Assembly: GCA_963810275.1 (NCBI GenBank)
Contig: CAWENF010000026.1
Span: 1-64,000 of the forward strand
Direction of reading: 5' to 3'
Source: an uncultured archaeon
GTDB lineage: Archaea; Thermoproteota; Bathyarchaeia; Bathyarchaeales; Bathycorpusculaceae
Length of the DNA: 64,000 nucleotides
How positions within the stretch are numbered: the stretch's first letter is position 1; each line of letters opens with the position of its first letter. The notes beneath the pieces were generated by a model, which saw only the letters and a program-made list of their open reading frames with translations, made no database searches and was not told the origin of the DNA. Positions 9,636 through 20,350 of the stretch are shown here, in pieces. A program made the translations under genes and the position numbers.

Positions 9636-10825
9636 CGTTTTTTTGAGAATAGAAACACGGCGACTGAGACAACAAGCAGCAGGCTAAGTGAAAGGAACAA
9701 ACCCAAGTATCCCAGGCTCGTGGCGAAAATTAAGCCGCTTATGATTGGACCCAGCGTTTGTCCCACGTCCATCATGGTCGCCAAGAAACCTATTGAAGCA
9801 CCCACCAGTGAAGCAGGAACCAACTCGCTAATCAGTGGTGACGTGGAGGAAAGCACTGTTGCAAAGGATATTCCGAAGCCCATGGATAGGAGCAGTAGTA
9901 GGGGAAAGGTGGTGATGAAGGGGAACGCAGCCACCAGTAGACAGCTTGCGATGGCGCCTGCCACGATTGGTTTGGTTCTGCCGATGCGATCAGAAACGCG
10001 TCCAATAATGGGGCGAAAGACCATGAGCGCCACGATTTGGCTACCTGTTATGACGCCAACTGAGAAAATGTCTAACCCTACGATGTCGGTTAAGTAGCCG
10101 ACTAGGAAGAACTCAACAGCGCCAAACACGTAATATTGGATGGCCTGAACGAAACTTACACCCAGTACGCTTCGGTCACGGATTAGGGTGAGCCAGCCTT
10201 CGAACATGCGTCGGGTGCGCTGCTCCTTCGGGAGCTGGACTGGGGTTCGATTGTCAGCTAAGAACAAAAGTGCCGTGACGAAAGCGGTTACACCTGCTGC
10301 GCCGACTGCGAGGTAGAGGGTGAAGTAGTTTTGTCCTGACGCAAACAGTATAGAAGCACCTAGAAACGGCGCTAACGCCCTTCCTACGGCTGAGGCAGAG
10401 TTGAACAACGAAATCCGTTCACCCTTCTTCGTGGGGTAGAGTTCTGCTATTGAGGCTTCTGCAACTGGAACAAACATGGCGGTTGCGAAGCCGTGGTAGA
10501 ATCGAACCATCGCCAGCGTCCACCATGAATCCACAAAAAGATAGAGGAAAGGGGCGGAGGCGAACACGAAAGCGGAGAGAAGCAGGATTTTGCGTCTGCC
10601 AAAAACGTCGGAGAGCGACGCTGCGGGTAAGCTTATGAGTATCCCGGGAATTGTGGAGGCGGCGGCTACGACTCCGAGCAGGTCGGCAGGGGTGCCTAAG
10701 CTCGTTGCAAACGGCTTGAGCACGGGGTTTTTGGACATGGTGGAGCTGAGGATGGCAAAGAACGCTAAAGCGCAAAGGATTATGAAGAAGGCTTTCTGTG
10801 TTTTTGAAGAGTTAAACATGCCCAA
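9632..10825 (-). CDS. MFS transporter
   Basis: 12 TM; LSDVFGRRK and GRVSDRIGR motif A in both halves. Confidence 0.92.
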   Translation of the reverse strand: MGMFNSSKTQKAFFIILCALAFFAILSSTMSKNPVLKPFATSLGTPADLLGVVAAASTIPGILISLPAASLSDVFGRRKILLLSAFVFASAPFLYLFVDSWWTLAMVRFYHGFATAMFVPVAEASIAELYPTKKGERISLFNSASAVGRALAPFLGASILFASGQNYFTLYLAVGAAGVTAFVTALLFLADNRTPVQLPKEQRTRRMFEGWLTLIRDRSVLGVSFVQAIQYYVFGAVEFFLVGYLTDIVGLDIFSVGVITGSQIVALMVFRPIIGRVSDRIGRTKPIVAGAIASCLLVAAFPFITTFPLLLLLSMGFGISFATVLSSTSPLISELVPASLVGASIGFLATMMDVGQTLGPIISGLIFATSLGYLGLFLSLSLLLVVSVAVFLFSKKR

Positions 10826-10957
10826 ACGCCTAAGGTTATGTCTATAAGATTTCTTGGCGGGATATTTCTTGTTTGCCTTGGTAACTTGAGAATGTGATTT
10901 ATTAATATCAGATATGCTTCCTATAAGAGACGGTAAACAGCGGAAGGCAGAAATATA

Positions 10958-11644
10958 GTGAGTAACACGTCTAAAAAAATCACTCGTAAAGAGTACATTA
11001 AAACTGCAGCCACAATCGCAGTGGTTGTGATTGTGATCTTGGGGTTCTTCGTAGGCTTACGTGTTATACTTGATTCGGACACGCCTGTTCGGGTTGTGGA
11101 AAGCGGTAGCATGTGCGTGCCCTACGGAAGCTACTGCGACGGTTGGAGCCACACGTTTGAGCCCACACTTCATGTCGGCGACATCATAATAATACAACAC
11201 GTGGACCCCAATACGATAAATGCCAACTACCCTAATAGCGACATAATCGTTTATCAACGCCCCGACAACCCTACAGCCACTCCTGTAGTGCACCGAGTTG
11301 TAGATGTTTACGAGGAAGATGGTGTTTTGTATTTCCAGACTAAGGGCGACGGCAACGGTTACCCGTACCCAAACGCGCTTTCTCCCTCAGAATATGACTC
11401 TAACTCGCTTTGGCATACCGGCAAGGGTGTCCCCGAAGACATGGTGCTAGGCAAAGTCGTCATGCGTATTCCACTGTTTGGGCACATAACGTTGTTCCTC
11501 AAAGACAATCCATGGGGGCTCCCAGTGGTTATCGGTTTGATTTTCTTGCTGCTAATCGTCGAATTCATCATTCCCATAATCAAATCCAAAAGTCCTAAAC
11601 CAGAAGAAAACAAGAAGCTGAGATATCGCAAAATTTTACGCTAA
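10958..11644 (+). CDS. Signal peptidase I (S26B, Ser/His type)
   Basis: VVESGSM, GDIIII, VVHRV, TKGDGN; N- and C-terminal TM helices; Cys-x6-Cys insertion after the catalytic Ser. Confidence 0.88.
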   Translation: MSNTSKKITRKEYIKTAATIAVVVIVILGFFVGLRVILDSDTPVRVVESGSMCVPYGSYCDGWSHTFEPTLHVGDIIIIQHVDPNTINANYPNSDIIVYQRPDNPTATPVVHRVVDVYEEDGVLYFQTKGDGNGYPYPNALSPSEYDSNSLWHTGKGVPEDMVLGKVVMRIPLFGHITLFLKDNPWGLPVVIGLIFLLLIVEFIIPIIKSKSPKPEENKKLRYRKILR

Positions 11645-12152
11645 TAAACGGATAGCTATTGTGATGACTTAATAGAGCTATCGTCTTCTAGAGACCAAAA
11701 TGGGTTATAGGCAACTTCGATAAGAGTAGCCATCAGGCCTTTGAATAGCCGCTGTATCCAGTCAAAAATGCTTCTGCACTGGCTTTGCGATTTCAATGCA
11801 TAACTATGCACTTTAGCCATTACGTCAAAAACTTTTGCTATGCTATGGTTAAGAATGACACCATGACATCAGAGAAGCCACAACCAGAGAAATCGACAAA
11901 GGGCTTCTTCAGCCAACCTTTTGAACGGATATAAATACAGTGCCGTGTCGCCCATAAAGAACAACCCTAAATTGCCGGTGTATAGCAAGAGGCTCCCAAC
12001 CTAACGCAGTATAGGCAACAGATTTTTGGAAGTCACTAACGCTAAAAGTTTACAAACTGATTTTTTCTGCACAAGACCATCAACCAATACGAAGCTGTTC
12101 AATAAATGTCAATTGTTGCATGCTTTATCTAAAAAGGAAAAAACTGAACATG

Positions 12153-12710
12153 TTACGAAAGCAACCGGGTGACGAAGTCTTGACATTGATTTTTAATGTC
12201 GCCATTTGCATACACCTTCGCTGCTGCTGCCGAATCGATTACTGATCCATCAGGCAGAGAGGCAACGTCATGCCGCATTGCATCTGCGCCAGTTACTTGA
12301 ATGTCGCCGCATCCAAACACTCCTACAGTAGCATGCTCACTTGGAGTCAAAACACTAAGGTAATCTTGAATTGAAGCTGCAGGTTTACCCACATAGATTG
12401 GACCACCAACCACAACCACATCGTACCCTGAGACATCAGCTGCAGCCGAACTTTTCACCCCTGCTAAAGTAACAAAGTAGCCAGAGTCTTGGATGTCAAA
12501 GCCTATTTGGCTTGCAACATCTTTTGCGATACCCGTTAAGCCAGGGTCATATACAACAATGGCTTGACCAACTGCTGAGTCGTTGGGCAACTGGTGAGTG
12601 CCCGTGGCGAAGCCACCTGCCACGTCGAAAACTATTAAGCTGAAACCAGCAATCGCTATTATGAGTAGAATTGCGAAAACCGCTAACACAATTTTCAAAG
12701 CTTTATGCAT
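12153..12710 (-). CDS. Membrane-anchored flavodoxin-domain protein
   Basis: N-terminal TM, then IVVYDPGLTG..YDVVVVGGPIYVG. Confidence 0.75.
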   Translation of the reverse strand: MHKALKIVLAVFAILLIIAIAGFSLIVFDVAGGFATGTHQLPNDSAVGQAIVVYDPGLTGIAKDVASQIGFDIQDSGYFVTLAGVKSSAAADVSGYDVVVVGGPIYVGKPAASIQDYLSVLTPSEHATVGVFGCGDIQVTGADAMRHDVASLPDGSVIDSAAAAKVYANGDIKNQCQDFVTRLLS

Positions 12711-12776
12711 AGTAACCCCTTTCAAATGCATTGTTGTCTTTGTGAAATAAAAACTATCCAGTGATAGTTATCAAAT

Positions 12777-13338
12777 CTACGCTTTTTCTGCTAATTCTTT
12801 TGCCCAACCACGGATTTCTTCCCAATCCCGCAGCTCCCAGCAGCCAGACTCAACCTCTTGGAAACCATCCGCAGCCAATCGCTCTTTAAGGGGACCCAAA
12901 GTCCTTTTGAAGAAGAAGTTCATTTTGTTGTAATTCAGCACGCCGCCAAAGAACCCTACCAGGATGGGCTGGAAACTATATTTGGTCAACTTGTTTTCTA
13001 AGTCGTATTGGCGCGCTTTCTGTAGATCCTCGGTTTTGCCTTCTCGTTCACTGATAGTTTTCATGGTGGATACAAACAGCGCCACTTTTTTCTGCAAAAG
13101 TTCTTTTTCGTGTTTTTTTAAGAAATCCTCCGCTTCGCCGGTCCATTTGCCGATTTGCACGCCCGTGCCGACGACTACGAGGTCGTAGGGAGAGATGTCT
13201 TTGATTTTTTTCTTCTTTTAAATTGGTAACTTTAACTTTAAAGCCCGCTTCCATAAGTATTCTGGCTATTTCCTGAGAGGTTCCCATGGTTGCACCGTAG
13301 CGGGTTCCGTAAGCGATTAGTGCATTCATTTTTTCCAC
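12777..13338 (-). CDS. Flavodoxin-domain (HemG-like) protein, frameshifted
   Basis: ALIAYGTRYGAT in ORF 13048..13338 continues as YDLVVVGTGVQIGKW..RDWEEIRGWA in ORF 12777..13160; shift at the homopolymer near 13205-13212. Confidence 0.8.
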
Positions 13339-13689
13339 TGCAATTACTCAGATGAAACCATTAATAAAATTATTCTGAAGTTAATTCAACTTACAGGGCA
13401 ACTAAATACAATCAATATACAAACGAGATAAGCTGAACTGAAATTTTCAGTTATGCACAACCACCTCATTATCATTCAACGCATTAAAGACGTAAAAGCA
13501 AAAAAGGAAAATTAATCATTTAGTGCTGGAAAGTAGTAGAAAGAAAACCAAACACGACATTACTATTTGATTAGAAAATAAAAAAAGGCCACCAATTCAG
13601 GCGAACTCAACCAAGTTCCTTTTAGGAAAAAAGTTATAGAGTACAGAATCATTAAGCCTACACCCAACCAATCAAGGATAGATAATTGT

Positions 13690-14772
13690 ATGCCTGAAAT
13701 TCGCGTAGCAATCATAGGCGTTGGCAACAGCGCATCCGCATTAATTCAAGGAACCCAATACTATAAAGACGCAAAAGAAAACGAAACCGTACCTGGCTTA
13801 ATGCACGTCAACTACGGCGGCTACCACATCCGCGACCTCCGCTTCGTTGCCGCGTTCGAAGTAAACAAAGAAAAAATCGGCAAGGACCTCTCCGAAGCCA
13901 TCTGGATTAAACCTAACTGCTGCGTGAAGTTCGCTGACGTACCCAACCTAGGTGTCAAAGTATCCCCAGCACCCATCCTAGACGGCGTCGCACCCCACAT
14001 GCGGGAAGTCTTTAACGTTTACGACGACAGCGCAACCAAAGAATCCGTTGTACAAATCTTAAAAGATGCAAAGGCAGAAATCCTTGTAAACTACCTCCCA
14101 GTTGGTAGCCACGACGCAGTACGCTTCTACGCCCAATGTGCCATAGACGCCGGCTGCGCATTCGTCAACTGCATGCCGGAATTCATTGCCTCTGATGCTT
14201 CCGGTGAGTGGCCCAAAAAATTCCAAGAAGCAAGCTTACCTGTCCTTGGTGACGACATAAAAAGTCAAGTCGGCGCAACCATTCTCCATCGCAACCTTGT
14301 TCGCCTCTGCCTCGACCGTGGAGTAATAGTTGACGAAACTTATCAGCTCAACTTAGGCGGCGACACTGACTTCCAAAACATGACTGTGGAGAATCGTCTT
14401 AAATCTAAACGCATCAGCAAAACCGAAGCTGTCACAAGCCTTGTCCCCTACGCATTACCAACACGGATCGGCCCCAGCGACTTCGTCAGCTTCTTGGGCA
14501 ACAAAAAAATCTGCTACATCTCTCTAAAGGGACGTAAATTCGGCGACCGCCCCATAAATATAAGCGTCAAACTCGAAGTCGAAGACTCACCTAACAGCGG
14601 GGGAGTCGTCATCGACCTAATCCGCGCAGCCAAAATAGCGTTAGACCGCAAAATCACCGGCGCTCTCTTGAGCATGCCCGCATACGCTTTTAAGCATCCG
14701 CCTGTGCAGATCCCCGACAATCAAGCACGCCAAGACACAGAAGACTGGATCGCAGGCAAAAAAGAGCGCTAA
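13690..14772 (+). CDS. ino1: Inositol-3-phosphate synthase
   Basis: IIGVGNSAS, NYLPVGS, GDDIKSQVGATILHR, QLNLGGDTDF, VEDSPNSGG. Confidence 0.95.
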   Translation: MPEIRVAIIGVGNSASALIQGTQYYKDAKENETVPGLMHVNYGGYHIRDLRFVAAFEVNKEKIGKDLSEAIWIKPNCCVKFADVPNLGVKVSPAPILDGVAPHMREVFNVYDDSATKESVVQILKDAKAEILVNYLPVGSHDAVRFYAQCAIDAGCAFVNCMPEFIASDASGEWPKKFQEASLPVLGDDIKSQVGATILHRNLVRLCLDRGVIVDETYQLNLGGDTDFQNMTVENRLKSKRISKTEAVTSLVPYALPTRIGPSDFVSFLGNKKICYISLKGRKFGDRPINISVKLEVEDSPNSGGVVIDLIRAAKIALDRKITGALLSMPAYAFKHPPVQIPDNQARQDTEDWIAGKKER

Positions 14773-14854
14773 AACCCAGTTTCCTCCAAAAAATAACCTT
14801 TTATAGGTTATCTTTACTACTCCTTTTCAATAATACATAGAAGGTTCAATAATT

Positions 14855-15274
14855 ATGGTTAAGGTTGATCAATACGAAGTACCCGAAGGCATTTACTATA
14901 CCAAAGATTTCGCTTGGGCAAAAATAGAAGGCGACAAAGTCCGCGTTGGCATAACCGACTACGCTCAAAAGTCCCTTCGCGAAATCGTCTACGCAGACTT
15001 ACCCAACATAGGAACAGAAGTCAAACAAAACGAGCCATACGGCACACTCGAATCAGTCAAAGCCGTCTCCGACTTGGTTTCACCCGTTACAGGGACCATA
15101 GAGGAAGTCAACGAGGAAGTTCAATCCAAACCAGAAACTCTAAACGAGGACCCCTACGAAAAAGCGTGGCTACTAATAGTAAAACCCAGTAACTTGGAAG
15201 CAGACCTCAGTAACCTAATGGACTTTGACAAAGCAGTGGAGTGGCATAAAGAGCAAGCTGCAGGCACCAGCTAG
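14855..15274 (+). CDS. gcvH: Glycine cleavage H protein (lipoyl carrier)
   Basis: VGITDYAQ, ESVKAVSD lipoyl-Lys motif, NEDPYEKAW. Confidence 0.93.
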   Translation: MVKVDQYEVPEGIYYTKDFAWAKIEGDKVRVGITDYAQKSLREIVYADLPNIGTEVKQNEPYGTLESVKAVSDLVSPVTGTIEEVNEEVQSKPETLNEDPYEKAWLLIVKPSNLEADLSNLMDFDKAVEWHKEQAAGTS

Positions 15275-15285
15275 GCGAACCCTCG

Positions 15286-16632
15286 ATGGCACGACGCGTA
15301 CTCATAATAGGCGCAAACGCGGCAGGTGTGGAAGCCGCCGCATCAGCACGCAAAAAAGACCGAACCGCGGAAATCACGCTGGTCAGCCAAGAGAAAACCT
15401 CAGGTTACAGTCGCTGCGGATTACCTTTTGTGGTTGGCGGACATATTTCAGCTTTTAATAGCCTGGTGGTTTACCCGCCGGCTTTTTTCCAGATGATGAA
15501 GCTGCACCTACGCACTGAAACAATCGCAACCAGCATATTCACTAAAGATAAAACAGTCACCATACAAACCAAAGACGGAAAAACCGAAACCCTATCATAC
15601 GACAGCCTAATCCTTGCCACAGGTGCAGAGCCAGTTATGCCTCCGATTAAGGGGAAGGAAAAACAGGGAATCCTAACCCTAAGAACCATTGAAGACGGAG
15701 AAAAAATCGAAGCTGAAATCAAATCAGGCGCCAAATCCGCCGTGATTATGGGAGCAGGTTTAATCGGACTCGAGTTGGGCGTAGGATTGATTGAGCGTGG
15801 TCTTCAAGTCACAATTGTGGAGATGCAACCCCAGATTCTGCCGCAACTACTTGACGCAGACATGGCAAAGATAGTTCAGCAAAACCTTGAAGAACATGGC
15901 ATGAAGATAATGCTTTGTAAATGCGTTGAAGAGTTCTTAGGCGACCAAAAAGTAACTGCAATTAAGGCATGTGGCGAAGTCATAGAAGCTGACATCTTCA
16001 TAAGCGCATTTGGTGTGCGAGCAAATACTAAACTGGCAGAGAACGCCTGCATCCCTCTGGGTGAATCCCGAGCCATCAAAACCAACATGCGCATGGAAAC
16101 CAAAGTTAAAGACGTCTATGCCGTGGGGGACTGCGCCGAGACATTTAACCAAATAACCCATAAACCCACCTCCGCTCAACTTGGCACGGTAGCTGTTCGG
16201 ATGGGCAAAGTGGGCGGGGCAAACGCAGCAGGTGACTACAGCTTGTTTAGCGGCGTTTTAGGTTCGGCGACTACGAGACTCTTTGGCATCGAAGCAGGCA
16301 ACACAGGCTTAACGGAGAAAATAGCAAAATGCCACGGTATGGAAGTGGTAATCGGCGCCATAACCAGCAAAACTCGAGCTGACTACTACCCCGGCGCAAA
16401 ACAAATCAGAATCAAACTTGTAGTTGAAAAAGAGAGCCAACGCATCGTTGGCGCCCAAATTGTGGGTGGAGAAGAGGTTACACAACGCATAAACGCCTTG
16501 TCTTTTGCAATCAGCAAGGGCATGACGGTACGGGAACTCGCCAAAGCCGATACGGCGTATGCGCCGCCACTTAACGAAACCTGGGAGCCCATGGTGCAAG
16601 CGGCAGAAATGGTGCTAATGAGGCTGCGGTAA
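15286..16632 (+). CDS. FAD-dependent CoA-disulfide reductase / NADH oxidase family protein
   Basis: IIGANAAG, YSRCGLP single redox Cys, GAGLIGLE, AVGDC, AYAPP. Confidence 0.88.
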   Translation: MARRVLIIGANAAGVEAAASARKKDRTAEITLVSQEKTSGYSRCGLPFVVGGHISAFNSLVVYPPAFFQMMKLHLRTETIATSIFTKDKTVTIQTKDGKTETLSYDSLILATGAEPVMPPIKGKEKQGILTLRTIEDGEKIEAEIKSGAKSAVIMGAGLIGLELGVGLIERGLQVTIVEMQPQILPQLLDADMAKIVQQNLEEHGMKIMLCKCVEEFLGDQKVTAIKACGEVIEADIFISAFGVRANTKLAENACIPLGESRAIKTNMRMETKVKDVYAVGDCAETFNQITHKPTSAQLGTVAVRMGKVGGANAAGDYSLFSGVLGSATTRLFGIEAGNTGLTEKIAKCHGMEVVIGAITSKTRADYYPGAKQIRIKLVVEKESQRIVGAQIVGGEEVTQRINALSFAISKGMTVRELAKADTAYAPPLNETWEPMVQAAEMVLMRLR

Positions 16633-16814
16633 GCACCTTAAGCTTTCTTCCTTTTGTGGGCGTGACGCCATTTTGAGAATGCATTACTGAACAAGGCTCC
16701 CTGCCATCTATAGTTAAGCCAAAAAATCGTTTTTACCCCACATCCAAGGTACGGCAATATTAAAAAGTGCCAGTCTACACAATTAGAGTTAACTTGAGTG
16801 GACAGTGCAAATTC

Positions 16815-17189
16815 ATGACCACACCTGAAAGTTCTCTCTCAATTTCTTACGAGCCCTTCAAAGAAATAGTCATTATGGAGAAAAACCATTTTGGCAGCCC
16901 CGAAGAAATAGCCCGCTTCACTAGCGTCATAGCAGGTGGCAAACTTGCAGGGCTCTACTGGGTAGACGGTGTCGTCTTCCTCTACTTCCCCCTAACCGCA
17001 TCCAACACCACCGTCGCCAAAGAACTGCTTGAGAAACGCAAAGTTTATTGGACATACGTGGGCTACGCATTGATGCCCCGCTACATGCAAACCATAGAAA
17101 CAAAAGAAAGGATGATTGTGCCTGTAGTGGACATCTCCGCAGACCCGATTTTGAAGTCGGTTGCGCAGTGGCTTAAAACTCAGCCGTGA
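16815..17189 (+). CDS. Hypothetical protein coupled to ribK
   Basis: Coding-like 124-aa ORF; stop overlaps ribK start (GTGA). Confidence 0.7.
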   Translation: MTTPESSLSISYEPFKEIVIMEKNHFGSPEEIARFTSVIAGGKLAGLYWVDGVVFLYFPLTASNTTVAKELLEKRKVYWTYVGYALMPRYMQTIETKERMIVPVVDISADPILKSVAQWLKTQP

Positions 17190-17581
17190 ACAGTTTGCAA
17201 AAATTGACCGTCGAGGGCAAGGTTTTTTCAGGCGAAGGCAGGGGCAAATGCTTCATGATGCTGCCGTGGGCTAAGCGGCAGATAGTGGATAAGCTTGGTT
17301 TTGAAGCTTACCCGGGCACCCTAAACATACGCTTAACATCACAAAGCATTGACAAAAGAAGTTTATTGGACCCAGAAAAAGGCTTACTAGTCCAACCAGA
17401 ATCGGGATACTACTATGGTGCACTGTTTTTAGCTGAAATTAAAAAAATAAAAGCGGCAGTGGTTTTGCCGTTGGTCCCCAACTACCCCATAGATTTGCTA
17501 GAGCTAGTTGCCCCCGCATATTTGAGGGGAACACTTGGCTTGAAAGATGGTGATAGGGTAACAGTCAAGGTTAGTGTCTGA
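17186..17581 (+). CDS. ribK: CTP-dependent riboflavin kinase
   Basis: GKVFSGEGRG, YPGTLN, ELVAPAYLR..LKDGD. Confidence 0.9.
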   Translation: MNSLQKLTVEGKVFSGEGRGKCFMMLPWAKRQIVDKLGFEAYPGTLNIRLTSQSIDKRSLLDPEKGLLVQPESGYYYGALFLAEIKKIKAAVVLPLVPNYPIDLLELVAPAYLRGTLGLKDGDRVTVKVSV

Positions 17582-19079
17582 GAAGCTGGCAGCCAGTCTT
17601 TTTGAAGCTCTCAATATATGCGTCTAAGGCGCCGTTACGTTTGAGGTAGCCTCCGTACCATGACAATGCAGCCATGGCGCGTGCGGCGTCTTCGGGGCTT
17701 CCGAAGCTGGGCACACAGAGGCGGTCGAAACGGCTACGGGTGAACAGAGCCATTTCGGTTTCGCCAATGTCAACCATCACGATCGGTTTGCTATATTTCT
17801 TGGAAACCTGATAGGTCCCATCGATGTATGTTTCTCGAAGGCCAGGCATGTGATGCAAGCCTAAAAGGATGATGCCGTGGATGGTGGGGTCTTGGAACAT
17901 TATGTCTGCGGAAGTTACGAATTGTTCATCGGTCACTGAGCCAGTTAAGTCGACGGGGTTATGGGTCGATGCGATTGAAAGGATTTCACCTTGTTTTTTG
18001 AGTTTCTCAAATTTCTCTTCTGTTTCGGGTGAAAAGCGTTCGGCAGTTAACCCGACTGTTTCAAGCTCGTCAACGGTCATGACTCCGGGTCCTCCTGCGT
18101 CAGTTAAGATACCAATGTTAGTGCCGTCCGCTGGAGGCTGCATTGCAAGCGCTTTACCGATGTCAAAGAACTCCTCCATGCTACGGGCACGGATGACGCC
18201 GCATTGCTCAAATGCTGCATCATAAATCTTGTCGGAACCTGCAATGGCGCCTGTGTGGCTTGCCGCTGCACGTGCACCTGCGATACTGCGGCCAGATTTG
18301 ATAACGACGACTGGTTTTTTGAGGGTAACTTTTTTTGCGATTTTTAAGAATTCGCGACCATTCTTGACATCTTCGAGGTAAACCAAGATAACCTTGGTTT
18401 CTTCGTCATTTTTAAGGTAAGCTAAAATGTCTGATTCGGATACGTCGCTTTTGTTTCCGAAAGAAACAAATTTAGATACACCCATCTGGCGACCTGTAAG
18501 GTAATCTAGGGCTGCGGAGCCGAAAGCGCCGCTCTGGGTAACCATGGCGATGCTTCCCGGTAGAGGTCGGGGTGTGGCGACGACTTCTTCACCTGTACTT
18601 AGGGTCTTTGTTTCAGGCAAGAACAGAGTGTCGACGCCGCTTTTATGATAAAACACACCTAAGCAGTTAGGACCTAATAGGCGGATATCACCTTTTTTAG
18701 CTATAGCTATCACCTGATCTTCGAGGTCTTTATTACCGACTTCTTTGAAGCCAGCAGTGATTATAACCGCAGTCTTGACTTTTTTCTGAACGGCTTCCTC
18801 CATGACGGAAGCAACAAACTTGGCTGGAACGATTACAACAATTAAGTCGATTGCTGATTCGGGAACCTTGCCCAACTTCTCGAAGCATTTGAAACCTAAA
18901 ATTGAGTCTTCGCCGGGATTAACAGGGTAAAGTCTGCCTTTGAATACGCCGCGCTGCTTGTTTGTGGCTAAGTTTTTGAAGATGACGTAGCCTGCTTTGC
19001 CTACTTTTTTGGTGGCGCCGATGACAGCGACTGATTTTGGATTAAAGAATGCATCCAACTTTTGCAGTGAGTCTTCCAT
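17571..19079 (-). CDS. acdA: ADP-forming acyl-CoA synthetase, alpha subunit
   Basis: PKSVAVIGAT, GPNCLG, TQSGA, AASHTGAIAG phospho-His, NPVDLTG. Confidence 0.9.
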   Translation of the reverse strand: MEDSLQKLDAFFNPKSVAVIGATKKVGKAGYVIFKNLATNKQRGVFKGRLYPVNPGEDSILGFKCFEKLGKVPESAIDLIVVIVPAKFVASVMEEAVQKKVKTAVIITAGFKEVGNKDLEDQVIAIAKKGDIRLLGPNCLGVFYHKSGVDTLFLPETKTLSTGEEVVATPRPLPGSIAMVTQSGAFGSAALDYLTGRQMGVSKFVSFGNKSDVSESDILAYLKNDEETKVILVYLEDVKNGREFLKIAKKVTLKKPVVVIKSGRSIAGARAAASHTGAIAGSDKIYDAAFEQCGVIRARSMEEFFDIGKALAMQPPADGTNIGILTDAGGPGVMTVDELETVGLTAERFSPETEEKFEKLKKQGEILSIASTHNPVDLTGSVTDEQFVTSADIMFQDPTIHGIILLGLHHMPGLRETYIDGTYQVSKKYSKPIVMVDIGETEMALFTRSRFDRLCVPSFGSPEDAARAMAALSWYGGYLKRNGALDAYIESFKKTGCQLLRH

Positions 19080-19165
19080 AATTATCTTACTCGTTCTCGT
19101 TTTGCTAAAGGCTGACAAGTCAAGTTTTTATGTGTTACGTTCGAAAAAGCCTATTTTTCGTTAAA

Positions 19166-20059
19166 CTACCAATAGTTTTTGTTACCGAGCGCCTTTAGAG
19201 TAGCTTTTTTTCTGACCACAACAACGGGTTTGTGCGGCACTGAATCAAGCATCTCCCAAGTCACCCTATCGATGGCTACGTGAAATCGAGACGCCATATC
19301 CCAGACTGTAGCTCCAGAGCCAGGGCCGCGGGCACGGTCAGCTATATTGGTGATCGTGAGTGCCTCACCCGCCGAGAGATGACAGCCTGCAACCGCCAGC
19401 GGAGTAGAACTGCGTCTGAACCGAAGCAGCTTCCCAACAGTATACGATACAACACCTCCAAAAGAATGTATCCCGCGTATTGGTTGGGGACGGGGGGTGA
19501 AGTAAAAGTTGCGAAAACGGAAAGTTTTGTCCGTGTCGGCAATCACCACGCAGACGGCTTTGCCCAGTTTAAGCAGTATGTCACTTCTGATGTCTTCTGC
19601 GTGTGCAGAGGCATCGTTGAGGGGCAAGCTCACGTAGGAGTAGGCTAGATTGGAGCCGTCTATGCCGCCTTCTGAACCAAACATCAATGCATTCAAAAGT
19701 CCTGCATGCTCTAAAGCGACTTGTTTGTGCCGGCTTCCCGCATCCACAGGGTAACTACGCAGCCGACGGAGCAGACGTACTCCGAAACGGGAAGCGACAC
19801 CAAGGCTGTAGCCCCAAACTTTGGGCATCCAAAAATGCGCAATGAAGTATGCGTTTCCGCTTGGCGAAACTGTGGATTCGTCTATTATATTACTTGACGC
19901 TACTGAAAGCGCTTTTTCAGAGACCACCACAAAGTCGCCGTCGTGCAGCCGCCCCGCTAGGGATTCGACAATTTTTTGTTTGTAATTTTCACGTGGTTTC
20001 CAGTAGCTTGTCTCCACGACTAAGGCAGCGTAAAGCGTCATGTGGGGCATCTTTACCAA
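19166..20059 (-). CDS. CofE-like (F420:gamma-glutamyl ligase family) protein
   Basis: DGDFVVVSEKA, GGIDGSN, VVIADTD, PVVVVR. Confidence 0.75.
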   Translation of the reverse strand: MVKMPHMTLYAALVVETSYWKPRENYKQKIVESLAGRLHDGDFVVVSEKALSVASSNIIDESTVSPSGNAYFIAHFWMPKVWGYSLGVASRFGVRLLRRLRSYPVDAGSRHKQVALEHAGLLNALMFGSEGGIDGSNLAYSYVSLPLNDASAHAEDIRSDILLKLGKAVCVVIADTDKTFRFRNFYFTPRPQPIRGIHSFGGVVSYTVGKLLRFRRSSTPLAVAGCHLSAGEALTITNIADRARGPGSGATVWDMASRFHVAIDRVTWEMLDSVPHKPVVVVRKKATLKALGNKNYW

Positions 20060-20350
20060 ATACCCAATTAAGGCTGTCTAATAAAAATTGATCCAACTCC
20101 TGCATGAGGCAGGTCGTGGCAGTTTGGCAGTCGGCTTAGAAGGTTCGTATGGCTGCGTCTCGGATGAGGTTGAGTTCGCGCTCCCACCATATTAGATTGA
20201 GCAGATAGCGACCATAACTTGGACTGCAGCAATGGCAACTTTTGGTGTTTGCAGGGCGCATGGCATAAACCTGGGAGCAAATTTTACGGGTATACTCTAT
20301 AGAAGTACTGTAAAAGCGGGCGTTTTACCAACCCAAAGGGGGGGTAAGAA

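Noticed and set aside
20068-20280. 70-aa minus-strand ORF between cofE-like and amrS
   Set aside because: No recognisable motif in any frame; probably spurious or a decayed fragment
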